Assembly (NCBI GenBank): GCA_028534125.1
Contig: CM052816.1
Coordinates: forward strand, 15,130,001-15,194,000
Direction: 5' to 3'
Length of the DNA: 64,000 nucleotides
From: Lama glama
Taxonomy: Eukaryota
Made by a program: the position numbers and the translations under genes. Under the pieces are notes generated by a model. It saw only the letters and a list, made by a program, of their open reading frames with translations, had not been told where the DNA came from and did not search any database. Positions 1-11,817 of the stretch are shown here, piece after piece (positions within the stretch are counted from its first letter, which is position 1; every line of letters begins with the position of its first letter).

Positions 1-1209
1 AAATTACACTTGATATAGGAAGTTTTACATGCATTGTTTTAAAGAAAGAAAATGATAGAAAGAGGAAGAGATAAAACTATAATTTTTCACTATTGATGAA
101 ATAACCTACCTAGAAAAAAGCAAAAGGCAAATTGTAACATCTGGTAAGAAATATCAGCAAGTCCTCAGTAACCAAGATCAACTTTAAAATATTACTAGTA
201 TTTCATTACATCTGGCAGTATCCTTGTCCTGGAAAATCGAAATGAAAGGCACTCCACGCAGTCATACAATTATTTAGGATACTGTACATCCTATCAAGGA
301 ACAGATGGCTTTCCATATGTTTTCCTTGGTCAACAGCCATCATCATTTTGACTTTGGAGAAATGACCTGGGTTTGCCCATGGTCTTGCAGATTGAATTCT
401 GCAAACTATTTACATAAAAGAGGGAAGCTACTGCTGTCTGTAAAGATTACAATTATATTTACTTAATACAATCTAAAGAAAAAAACTTAAAGCTTTGGAT
501 TTGCTTTTAAGACTTAAGTTATTAACCTTCTCCAGTTCAAGACAGCTTGAGAGCATTAGAGCTGAATTGGACCTGGAAGATGATATAGTTCAGTTCCTAC
601 CTTATAAATGAAGAAACTCAATCACACACAAGCTGGGTGAGATGCGTAAGGTCTGTGCCTCGCTAGTGCAGAGGTTTGGAATCTAGTTTTTGTGGTAGTT
701 TAGCTAATGTATAAATATTCTGCTTTTGGTTTATTCTGAATGAGTGCTTATTTTACTCACTCAATTTCACCCATTATTCATTTCTTCTTAAACTCCTTGT
801 ATTTCTTTGGTGCCCACCTTGCTTTATTTTCTCCATGTTTTGTGCTTAGTAAAGTTAAGTCAAATGGAGTGACTCTAATATTAAAGTATTTCTCTACATT
901 ATCAGTAAGCAAAAAACATTTTACTGTATCATTCACAATATCAAAAAATCTATAAAGTATTTAAGACTTAACTAAGAATATATAAGATCTCAATGAATAA
1001 AAATATAATACACTATTAAAGTACAGAGAAAATTATGAATAGAAAAAATCCTGTGCTTAGAAGACATTCATTAATATAAAATACAATCTCTCCAAATTAA
1101 TCCATGAATTAAAAATCATTGACATCAAAAAGTCCAGTTGGATTTTTAATGCAACTAGATAATCTTAATCTAAAATTTAAACCGAAGGATAAAGAATAAA
1201 TAACAAAAA

Positions 1210-1480
1210 AGGATTTAACTCATGTGATGATGGAGGCTAAGAACTCCCAGTATCTGCAGTCTGAAAGCCTGAGAACCAGGAGACATGCTGATGGTGTGAG
1301 TTCCAGTCTGAGTCCAAAAACATAAAATCAATGTTCCCACATCAAAAGCCATCAGGCAGAGTGTGATTTCTCTCTTGCTCAGCCTTTTGTTCTATTCGGG
1401 ATTTCAGTAGATGGGGAGAGACCCACCCATATTAAGGAAGGCAATCTGCTTCACTCAGTCTACCAATTCAAATGTAAACT
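1210..1480. mobile_element. MLT2-like (ERVL) LTR fragment
   Basis: Resembles MLT2 motifs recalled from memory (catgtgatgatggaggct...ttccagtctgagtcc...aaggcaatctgcttcactcagtctaccaattcaaatg). Boundaries approximate. Confidence 0.6.
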
Positions 1481-1739
1481 AACTGTAAAAGTTAAATATT
1501 TGTAAATTTTGTATAACATTGTAAAAGTCATTGAACACTTTTCTCTCTCCCTCCCCCCACCATACCTCTTTATATATATCTATATGGCAATAGATAGATA
1601 GGTAAATAGATGTGAAGAGAGATACAATGTGGCAAGTGTTAACAATTAGTGAACCTAAGTGGAAAATAAATCAATGTTCATTGTCTTATTCTTACAAGGT
1701 TTCTGTAGATTTGAAAATATTCAGCAGTTGAAAAAATAC

Positions 1740-2870
1740 TGAGTATCTGACAATCGTCCCCACTGCTACCACCCTGATCAAAGTAATCATAACCTTTCAT
1801 TGGGATTATTGAAATAGATTCTTATCACATCTTCCTTCTTTTAACCTTTCCTCTCTATATTATCAACATGGTATCCAGAGTGACTTTAGCTTTATCACTC
1901 CTGTCCTGAAAAGAGAAGTTTTAGCTTCCCATTTAACTCAGAGCACAAGGCAAAGCCTTACCTTAACAAAACCCAAAGTATCTGATTCTCCCATTACCAC
2001 CCTGACTTCATTTCCTACTGCTTTTCTGACAATTCTTCCTCTGCTCCAAACACACTAACCTCTGTAATGTTCATTTAACACACCAAGAACGTATCTTCCT
2101 TAGGGAATTTGCTCTAGATTTTCCCTCTACCTGAAATGTTTTCCTCCTGAAGACCACTTGGCTAACTCCCTTATATATTTCAAGTCTTTGTTATTTTTAT
2201 TGAATTATAGTCAGTTTATCAAGTCTTTGTTTAAATTTAACTTCCTAATGAGACCTAACCATGCTTATCCTATTTAGCTAATCAATATTGCAATGTGTAC
2301 CTCCCATTTCCCCACAGATCCTTTATCCTCTTAATCTCTTCCACTCTTTCTTTGTGCCAAAGCATATATTATCTTCACCTTATTAAATACAATTCACTTA
2401 TTTTCTCATTTATTTTTTGCCTGTCTTTCTCATAATATAAGTTTCTCACGAGTTGGGCTTTTTGTCTACTTTGTTCATTGATATACAGTAGTCCCCCTTT
2501 ATCCATAGTTTCACTTTCTGCAGTTTCAGTTATCTGCAGACAACCATGGTCTGAAAATATTAAATGTAAAATACCAGAAATAAAGAATTCATAAGTGTTA
2601 AATCGTACACCATTCTGAGTAGCATAATGAAAATTTGTGCCAACCCAACCAAGATGTAAATCATTCCTTTGTCCAGTATATCTATATCTGCCTGTTAGTA
2701 TAAGAAAAAACATAGTATATATAGGAATTGGTATTATCTGTGATTTCAGGCATCCACTGGGGGTCTTGGAACACATCCCCCACAGATAAGGGGCAGGGGG
2801 ACTATTGTATATCCATTGCCTTGAAGAGTGCCCAGTACATAGCAGATGCTCAATACATACCTTTTGATGA
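1740..2870 (+). mobile_element. L2 LINE 3' fragment, interrupted by a MER44-like element and a 26-bp L1 tail
   Basis: Typical L2 3' end (ttgttcattg...tgcccagtacatagcagatgctcaatac) that continues on both sides of the inserted MITE. Confidence 0.6.
2486..2807. mobile_element. MER44A-like Tigger (Tc1/mariner) non-autonomous DNA transposon
   Basis: Terminal inverted repeats cagtagtccccc...gggggactattg, flanked by TA on each side. Confidence 0.75.
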
Positions 2871-5800
2871 AAAAACTATAATAATAAAATTTATATATTA
2901 GTTTTGGCCTGAGATTTTAAAGAAAGTGAGCCAAGAATGACTGCTTCAGCAATGAAGAAAACAAAGTTGTCTTCAATTCATATGGGGAAGAATGTGAGAA
3001 AAGCAGATTCTGGAAGAAAATCAAGTTTGTAATTCAAATATATGAAGTTATGGATGTATATCAGTCATTCTCAGTGGAAATGTCTAGTAGGCAGTTGGAT
3101 ATATTTCTTTGAGAGAAATATATAGACTCTAGTTATAAATATGAGAATTATTAACATAAAAATCATTTTATTTTTATGTTTTATGGTCCTCTGATTTCTC
3201 TCTTTTAAATTTTATTATTGATTGAGGTGTAGTTGATTTACAATGTTAGTTTCAGGTGTATGGCAAAGTGATTCATATACATACATATTTTTTCAGATTC
3301 TTTTCCATTGTAGCTTATTACAAGAAATTGAATATAGTTCCCTGTACTATACAGTAGGTTTTTAATTTTTAAATCTTTTTTATAGATAGTAATGTGTATC
3401 TGTTAATTTCAAATTCATAATTTATCCCTCCCCATCTCTTTCCCCTTTGGTAACCATAGTTTGTTTCCTATGTCTGTGAGTCTATTTCTAGGTTGTAAAT
3501 AAAATATATTTTTTTAGATTTCACATATAAGTGATATCATATATTTGTCTTTCTCTGACAAACTTCACTTAATATGATTATCTCTATGTCCATCCATGTT
3601 GTTGCAAATGGCATTATTTCATTCTTATTTATGGCTAATACTCCATTGTATATCTATATTACATCTTCTTTATCCATTTGTCTGTCGATGGACATTTAGG
3701 TTGTTACCATCTCTTGGCTATTGTAAATAGTGCTGTTATGAATACTGGGGTGCATATGTCTTTCCATATTAAAGTTTTCTCTAGATATATGCCAGGGAGT
3801 GGGACTGCTGAATCATATGGTAGCAACATTTTCAGATTTTTGAGGAACCTCCATAATGTCCACCATAGTGGCTGTACCAATTTATATTCCCACCTACAGT
3901 GTAGGAAGATTCCTTTTCCCCCACACTATCTTCAGCATTTATTATTTGTAGATTTCTTAATGATGGCCATTCTGACTGATGTGAGGTGATAACTCATTGT
4001 AGTTTTGATTTGCATTTCTCTAATAATTAGCAATGTTGAGTATGTTTTCACGTGCTTGTTGGCCATCTGAATGTTTTCTTTGGAGAGCTGTCTATTTAGG
4101 TCTTCTGCCCATTGTTGGTTGGGTTACTTGTGTGTGTGTGTTTTTAAAGCTATATGAGCTGTTTGTATATTTTGGAAATTAATCCCTTGTCGGTCTCATC
4201 ACTTGCAAATATTTTCTTTTTTGCTGTGCAAAAACTTTTAAGTTCAATTGGGTCCCATTTGTTTATTTTTGCTTTTATTTCCATTACTCTAGGAGCTGGT
4301 TCAAAAATAATATTGCTGTGATTTATGTCAATGAGTGTTCTGCCTATGTTTTCCTCGAGGAGCTTTATAGTATCTGGTCTTACACTTATTAAAATCAATC
4401 CATTTTGAGTTTATTTTTGTATATGGTGCTAGAGAATATTCTCATTTCAATCTTTTACATGTAACTATCCAGTTTTCCTAGCATCACTTATCAAAGAAAC
4501 TATCTTTTCTCCATTGTATATTCTTGCCTCATTTGTTATAGATTAATTGACCATAAGTGCATGGGTTTATTTATGGACTTTCTATCCTGTTTCATTGAAC
4601 TATGTGTCTATTTTTGTGCCAGTACCATACTGTTTTGATTAATGTAACTTTATAGTATAGTCTGAAGTTAGGAAGCCTGATTCCCCCAGCTCCGTCCTTC
4701 TTTCTCAAGGTTGTTTTGACTATTCGGGGTCTTTTGTGCTTCAATACAAATTAAAAAATCTTTTGTTCCAGTTATGTGAAAAATGTCATTGGTAATTTGA
4801 TAGGAGTTGCATTGACTCTGTATATTGCCTTGGATAGTAAGGCCATCTTAACAATACTGATTCTCTTAATCCAAGAACATGGTATGTCTTTCCATCTGTT
4901 TGTGTCATCTTCAATTTCTTTCATTGGCATAGTTTTCAGAATACAGGTCTTTTGCCTCCTTAGGTAGGTTTATTTCTAGGTATTTTGTTCTTTTTAATGT
5001 AATGGTAAATGGGATTGGTTTCTTAATTTCTTTTTCTGTTATTTTGTTGTTAGTGTATATAAATGCAATAGATTTCTGTATATTAATTTTGTATTCTGCA
5101 AACTTTACTGAATTCATTGATGAGCTCTAGTAGTTTTCTGGTAGCATCTTTAGGATTTTCTATGTACAGTATCATGCCACCTGCAAACAGTGACAGTTTT
5201 ACTTCTTTTCCAATTTGGGTTCCTTTTATTTCTTTTTCTTCTCTGATTGCTGTGGCTAGGACTTCCAAAACTATGTTGAGTAAAAATAGCAAGAGAGGGA
5301 ATCCTTGTCTTGTTCCTGATCTTAGAGGAAACAATTTTAGCTTTTCACCATGGAGTACAATGTTAGCTGTGGGTTTCTCATACATGGCCTTTATTATGTT
5401 GCAGTATGTCCCCTTTATGCCCACTTTCTGGAGAGTTTTTATCATAAATGGATATTGAATTTTATCAGAAGCTTTTTCTGCATCTACGGGAAATGATCAT
5501 ATGGTTTTTATTCTTCAGTTTGTTAATGTGGTGTATCACACTGACTGATTTGCAGCTATGAAAAAATCCTTGCATCCTTGGGATAAATCACACTTGATCA
5601 TGGTGTATGGGCATTTTAATGTATTGTTGGAGTTGACTTCCAAGTATTTTGTTGAGGATTTCTGCATCTATATTTATAATTAATATTGGCCTGAAATTTT
5701 CTTTTTTGTGTGTGAGATCTTTGTCTGGTCTTGGTATTAAGGTGTTGGTGGTCTCATAGAATGAGTTCAGAAATGTTCCTTCCTCTGCAATTTTTAGGAA

Positions 5801-6066
5801 TAGTTTCAGAAGGATAGGTGTTAACCCTTCTTTAAATGTTTAGTAGAATTCATCTGTGCAGCTATCTGGTCCTGGACATCTGTTCGTTGAAAGTTTTAAA
5901 ATTACTGATTTGATTTCATTACTGGTAATTGGTCTGTTCATATTTTCTAATTCTTCCCGGTTTAGTCTTGACAAATTGTACTTTTATAAGATATTGTTCA
6001 TTTCTTCTAGGTTGTCCACTTTGTTGGCATATAGTTGCTCATAGTGGCCTCTTATGATCCTTAGTA

Positions 6067-6169
6067 ATTTTTTCCTTTTTGCTTATAAGTAACAGAAATT
6101 TATTTCTCACAATTCTGGAGTCTGGGAAGTCCAAGATCAAGGTGCTGGCAGATTCAGAGTCTGGTGAGG
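6067..6169 (-). mobile_element. Processed MaLR-LTR (MLT1/MST-like) fragment with poly(A) tail and TSD, inserted in the L1
   Basis: AATAAA on the minus strand at 6099-6104, A-tail at 6068-6080, flanking repeats tgatccttagta (6055-6066) and tgatcctttgta (6170-6181). Confidence 0.75.
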
Positions 6170-7574
6170 TGATCCTTTGTATTTTTGTGGGGTCAATTAT
6201 AACTTCTCCTTTTTCACTTCTGATTTTGTTAATTTGGGTCCTCTTTTTCCCTTGATGAATCTGACTAAAGGTTTATCAATTTTGTTTATCTTTTCAATGA
6301 ATCAACTTTTAGTTTCATTGATTTCTTCTTTTTTTCTTCTTTAGTCCCTACTGCATTTATTTCTGCTCTAGTCTTTAAGACTTCTTTCCTTCTACTTTGG
6401 GTTTTATTTGTTCTTCTTTCTCCAATTGCTTTAGTTGTAAGGTTAGGTTATTTATTTGAGACTCTTCTTGTTTCTTGAGGTAAGCTTGTACCACTATAAA
6501 TTTCCCTCTTAGAATTGCTTTTGCTGTGTCCCAGAGGTTTTGGGTTGTCCTGTTTTCCTTTTCACTTGTCTGTAGTATTTTTGTAATTTCCTCTTTGATT
6601 TCTTCAGTGAACTATTGGTTGCTCAGTAGCATATTGTTTAGCCTCCACATGTTTGTAGGTTTTGCAGTTTGGCTGTTTTTGTTGTGGTTGTTGTTTTGTT
6701 TTTGATTTCTAATCTCATAGTGTTGTGGTCAGAAAAGATGCTTGCTAAGATTTCAATTTTCTTAAACTTACCAAGGTTTACTTTGTAGACCAGCATGTAA
6801 TATATCCTGGAGAATGTCCCATGTGTACTTGAGAACACTGTGTGTTTTATTTTTGGGTGAAATGCTCTATAAATACCAATTAAGTCCCTCTGGTCTAATG
6901 TGTCACTTAAGGCCTGTATTTCCATACTGATTTTCTGTCTGAATGGTTTGTCTGTTCATGTAAGTGGGGTGTTAAGGTCCCCCCCTATTATTGTGTTACT
7001 ATTGATTTCTCCTTTTATGTCTATTAACAGTTACCTTATATAGTGAGGTGCTCCTAAGTTGGATGCATATGTATCTACAATTGTTATATCTTCTTCTTGG
7101 ATTGATACCTTTATCATTCTTTGTCTTTTGTAATAGCTTTTATTTTAAAGTCTATTTTGTCTGATGTAAGTATTGCTACTCCAGCTTTCTTTTGGTTTCC
7201 ATTTGCATGGAATACCTTTTTCCATACCCTCAGTTTCAACCTGTATGTGTCTCCAGCTCTGAAGTGGGTCTCCTGTAGACAACATATATATGGGTCTTAT
7301 TTTTGTATCCATTGAGCCAGTTTACATTTGGAGAGTTTAATATTTTTACATCTAAGGTAATTATCAATATGTATGTTCTTACTGCCATTTTGTTAATTGT
7401 ATTGGATTTGTTTTTGTAGGTCTTTTTTTCTCCTTTCTTCTTTTGTTCTCTTGTGATTTGATGACTATCTTTAATATTGTTTGGATTCCTCTTTTTTGTG
7501 TGTATATCTAATGTAGATTTTTGGTTTGTGGTTTCCATGAGATTTCAGTAAGTGTATTTGTATGTGTATGTATG

Positions 7575-7578
<4 letters not shown>

Positions 7579-7608
<30 letters not shown>
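7579..7608. repeat. (TG)n microsatellite
   Basis: Read directly. Confidence 0.95.
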
Positions 7609-7609
<1 letters not shown>

Positions 7610-9199
7610 TTATAGTATTTTTTTTTTTTTGCTTCTACTGTCTGTCCCTGGTGGGTGAGGCTAGACTGAAGGCTTGTGCACATTTCATGGTGGGAGGGGC
7701 TGGTACCTGCCTACTGGTGGGTGGAGCTGGGCCTTGGCCCTCTGGTAGTCAAGGGTATGTCTAGAGGCAGCCGTGGGTTCAGGAAGTCTTTAGACAGCCT
7801 ATCTACTAAGGGATGGGGCTGTGTTTCCACCCAGTTGGTTATGTGGCCTGAGGCATCCCAGCACTTAAGCCTACAGGCTGTAGAGTGGGACTGGGTTTTG
7901 GTGCTAATGACCCAAGCAAGATGTCAGCCTCCAGAAAGGGTAATGTGGATGAATATCGCCCTCTCCCTGAACATCTGCCACTAGATTTTATGTCCCCAGG
8001 GTAAGCCACAGCCACCCCCCACACACACACCCCAGAAGACCCTCCAAGACCAATAGGTAGGTCTGGCCCAGGCTCCTATGAAATCACAACTTCTGCCCTT
8101 GGTCCCAGTACACATGAGATTCTGCATATGCTCTTTAAGAGTAAAGTTTGTTTCCCCGAGTCTTGTGGTGCTCCTACAATTAATCCCTGTTTGCCTTCAA
8201 AGCCAGATGCTCTGAGGATTCCTTCTCCCTGTGCCAGACCCCAGGATCCCCAATGTGGGGCTCAGAACTCTTACTCTTATGGGTGAGTCTCTACAATGTA
8301 ATTATTCTCCAGCTTATGGGTCACACACCTGGGGCATAAGAGACCTGACTGTATCGCGAGCACGCCCCTCCTACCATCCTGCAGTGGCTCCCTCTTTATG
8401 TCTCCAGCTGAAGAAGATCTATTTTGGTACATCCTAATCTTTTTTACTGATGGTTGTTCAGCAGTCAGTTGTAGTTTTGTTGTGTTCATGAGAAGAGTTG
8501 AGCCTGTGGTCCTACTACTCCATCAACTTGACTGGAAATCTCATTAAAACAAACAAACAAACAAAAATTAAATCATGAGATGAAATGATATTGCCAAAGG
8601 AATGAGTGCAGATAAAGTAGAAAACAGACCTTAGGACCGAGTCCTACAACACATAACAATGAAGGATTTTGTTCAATGAGGAAACCAAGGCAAAGCTAAC
8701 AGATAGCAGTTAAGGAAAATATAGTTGCAATATCTGAAAAAACAAGCAATGAATATCTGGAAAAAGAAAAGAAAACAATAACAAAGACAGGAATGACAGT
8801 GGCAATACAGACAACTGAACAAAAATTAAAAATCAAAAGAAAAGAAGTAATATAAAATATAATCTTCCCATGTTAATCCTTATTATTAATATTCATTAAT
8901 AAAAACAGACAGGAAAATTAAAGTAAAATGACACAACACTTTACACCTATTGGAAAGGCAAAAATATGAAAACCAGGAATTCCCAATACGGGAGAGAATG
9001 TGGAGATAAAGGAAACATAATTCATTGCTATTGAAAGTCTGATGCAGTCATTCTGAAGATCAACTGGAGCTACTTAATCAAATTGAATAAAATACTCTAT
9101 GAGCCATCAGTTTTATTCCAGTGTTGTAGCAAAAACAAAATTCTCATATAGGTATATACAAGGATATAAGGATAAGGATGTTAATTTCTGCATTCTTTT

Positions 9200-10330
9200 C
9201 AAAGAATGATTCTCAAAATGTTAAAAACATAATTCTTATACAAATAGATAGTAAGCTTGTTAGTTTCATTTAACACATTGATAACGGAACCAGCAATATG
9301 ACAAAGTTGGCCAAAGATAACATGATAAATGTGAATTTTACAATCAGGGGTTGGAAAGAATGTTAAAATAATATTGCTAAGTTAAATTTCAAACTGGTTC
9401 ATGTTCACAAGGACAACAAAACTTTGGTGGTTAATTGCTCTGCTTGACAGACAAGAAATCATCACATAATTATCAGTTTTGCAGAAATGAAAAAAATCTG
9501 GACCCAAATCAACTATGCAGACTAAGTTATTTCACTATACAGAATAAAGGAGCTTACCGAAAATGCTCTAAAATTATTTAGAAAGGTCATGTAGTTTTCT
9601 TTTTGCTTTGCTTCCATGTTTTGGATATTTTTCTTAATCCCTCCATGTGGTTATGAATAATTCCAAAATATTATTCTTCATCATTAAGAGTCTGACCCAT
9701 TGCAGGTTTTATTATAATGATGGTTTGACCAAATTCACAGATGAAGCAAAGGTATTTACCAATACACATAAGCCTTTCTGTATGGCCAGTAAATTCAGAG
9801 CCATACAGTGCTAAGCAACTACTAGGTACAAAAAATTAAATGCTGTCTGGATATTATGTAAGGAATCTAAGATTGCATTTTCAATAGTCTCTATCTTTCA
9901 GAGATGTTTGTTATTACTCTTGTTTGCTCATCTATTACAATGCTAAAAAACCAAACCAAGATAGTCACCTCAATCGGGTTCTGTCTTCAGCACCAATAAA
10001 TGTTTATGAATTCTTCTTTCCTCTAAATGTCCAAAATTTGCTAAATTCTTGGCCTGCCAGTAAGTAATCTTACTTATTCTTTGTAAGGCTAGGAACCATA
10101 AGGCCAAAAGACTCACACAGACCAGATTCTTAGATTGAGTTCTTAGGCATTGGTTGCATACATTAATACAATTCATGTTTCCTGATGATGGTACTGTCAT
10201 ACATAATAAAATTAAATCTGATCTCAAATATGATACTTCCAGTGTGGGCTTAATTGCAAAAATTATTTGTCAATATGTTTGATAATTTTGATTTGTTCAA
10301 TTTTTTAAAAACACATTTTAAGAAAAAGAC
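9200..10330 (-). mobile_element. Decayed endogenous retrovirus internal fragment containing an env TM relic
   Basis: Minus-strand translation of 9897-9751: KIETIENAILDSLHNIQTAFNFLYLVVA*HCMALNLLAIQKGLCVLVNT, resembling the class I ERV TM heptad plus immunosuppressive domain (VVLQNRxALDxLxAxxGGxC). Outer boundaries approximate. Confidence 0.6.
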
Positions 10331-10856
10331 ACATTCTGATGGAACCTACTGTATAAATACTAAAAGGAAGTGCCGGTTCCAGGGAAGAAGTAACCACATT
10401 CTCATCTTGTATAGTTGCATTCTCCCACTGAATGAAACTATAAATGCTAAACAGAATACATAAATTGGCTCTCTAAGGTCTCTGAAAAGTTAATAGTAGC
10501 AGGCAGATTAGTGAAGAAGACTAAAAATTTGAAGTTCCACTAAATCAGCAGTGTTCATCATTTTCCTCCTCTGATACTTCCCAGCCTTGCCTTAAAGAAA
10601 GCCTGAAACCCAGAATAGCACACCAGCTGCAGACAGAGTTCCAATAGAATCATTCTCTTTCTAGTCTTGGAACCTGAATTAAGAGGACTAGAGCTCAGAG
10701 ATAGTGGGGGAATTCTCTTTTTTTCTTTTTCCCTCTCTTTCTTGCCCCATCAACAGGTACAAAAACTCTGAGGAAGGGGAATGCTTCTCTATAACCAGAT
10801 GATCTGTGGTCCCAAGAACATGAAACAAATCCCTGCTGCTTTTTGAAAATCTTTCT

Positions 10857-10943
10857 TTTGGGTAAGGGTGCTTAGTTCATTGGTTAGAGCCTATATTTGG
10901 TGTGGACAAGGTCCTGGGTTCAACCCCCAGTATCTCTACCAAA
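10857..10943 (+). mobile_element. Short tRNA-derived SINE or tRNA retrocopy ending in ACCA
   Basis: Box A-like (tagttcattgg) and box B-like (ggttcaaccc) motifs. Perfect 12-bp TSD gaaaatctttct at 10845-10856 and 10944-10955. Confidence 0.75.
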
Positions 10944-11817
10944 GAAAATCTTTCTGTCTACTTGGTCCCAAATGCAGGCACCATCATGGGAAATCTGTGG
11001 CAGAGAAGGGAAACTGAAGCCTCAGCTTTCAAACTGAAGGACCAGAAATAGAGGCCTGAGAGAGCCATGGAGACCAAGGGAGATCAGAAGAGTGATTCCA
11101 TAAAATTGTGTTTGAACTCATGGGCTCAACTCCAAACTGTGTGGATCTCACTCTAAACAGCATACAACAGGCTTTAAGAGCTAAGCTACAGAGTAGAGCA
11201 ATGCCCAGGTTCAAGAATGACCACTGGGTGGCACACCTGCAAGCACCCCAATCACTTTGAAAAAGAACAGACTTTAGAACCACAGCCAACAGAAAGCAGG
11301 TTAATACTTGAGGCATAAAGCTAATCTGGTCAATCACCTGCTAAAACAAAATGAAGCAAAAGCCACACAACATTCTCTTTGTGCTATAAATAAGATCATA
11401 ATGTAATATCCAAAGTGTCTAGGATAGAATCCAAAACTATATAGTATATGAAGAACCAAGAAATTCTCAAATCACAGGGAAAATTCAGTCAATATACACC
11501 AATTCCAAGATAACTCAGATGTCAGAATTATTAAAGATATTAAAGCAAATTATAACTGTACTCTAGGAATTAAGGGTGAACACTTATGATAAATGAAATG
11601 CTATAGCAACAAAATAAAAGATATAAAAAACCAAATGCAAATACTAGAACTGAAATACAATAACCAAAATAAATTCATTAGATGAGCTCAATAGCAGAAT
11701 AAAGATGATACAAAAAAAGCCAGCAAACATGAAGACAGACTAAGAAATGGTCCAATCCGAACACCAGAGAGAAAAAAAAAAAGATTGGGAAAAAAAAACA
11801 AAAATTCAGAGACCTGA

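Larger units (their letters stand above)
3205..8550 (-). mobile_element. Degenerate L1 (3'UTR, ORF2, 5' region; ORF1 apparently missing)
   Basis: Minus-strand ORF2 remnants: MAVRTYILIITLDV (endonuclease start, ATG at 7388), SGTRQGFPL...LFAGGMILY (reverse transcriptase; YADD-equivalent decayed), IKLLEENIG. T-rich 3' end near 3205. Confidence 0.9.

Noticed and set aside
1..1200. Protocadherin-alpha exon expected by synteny
   Set aside because: No long GC-rich cadherin ORF is present; the cluster must lie outside the window.
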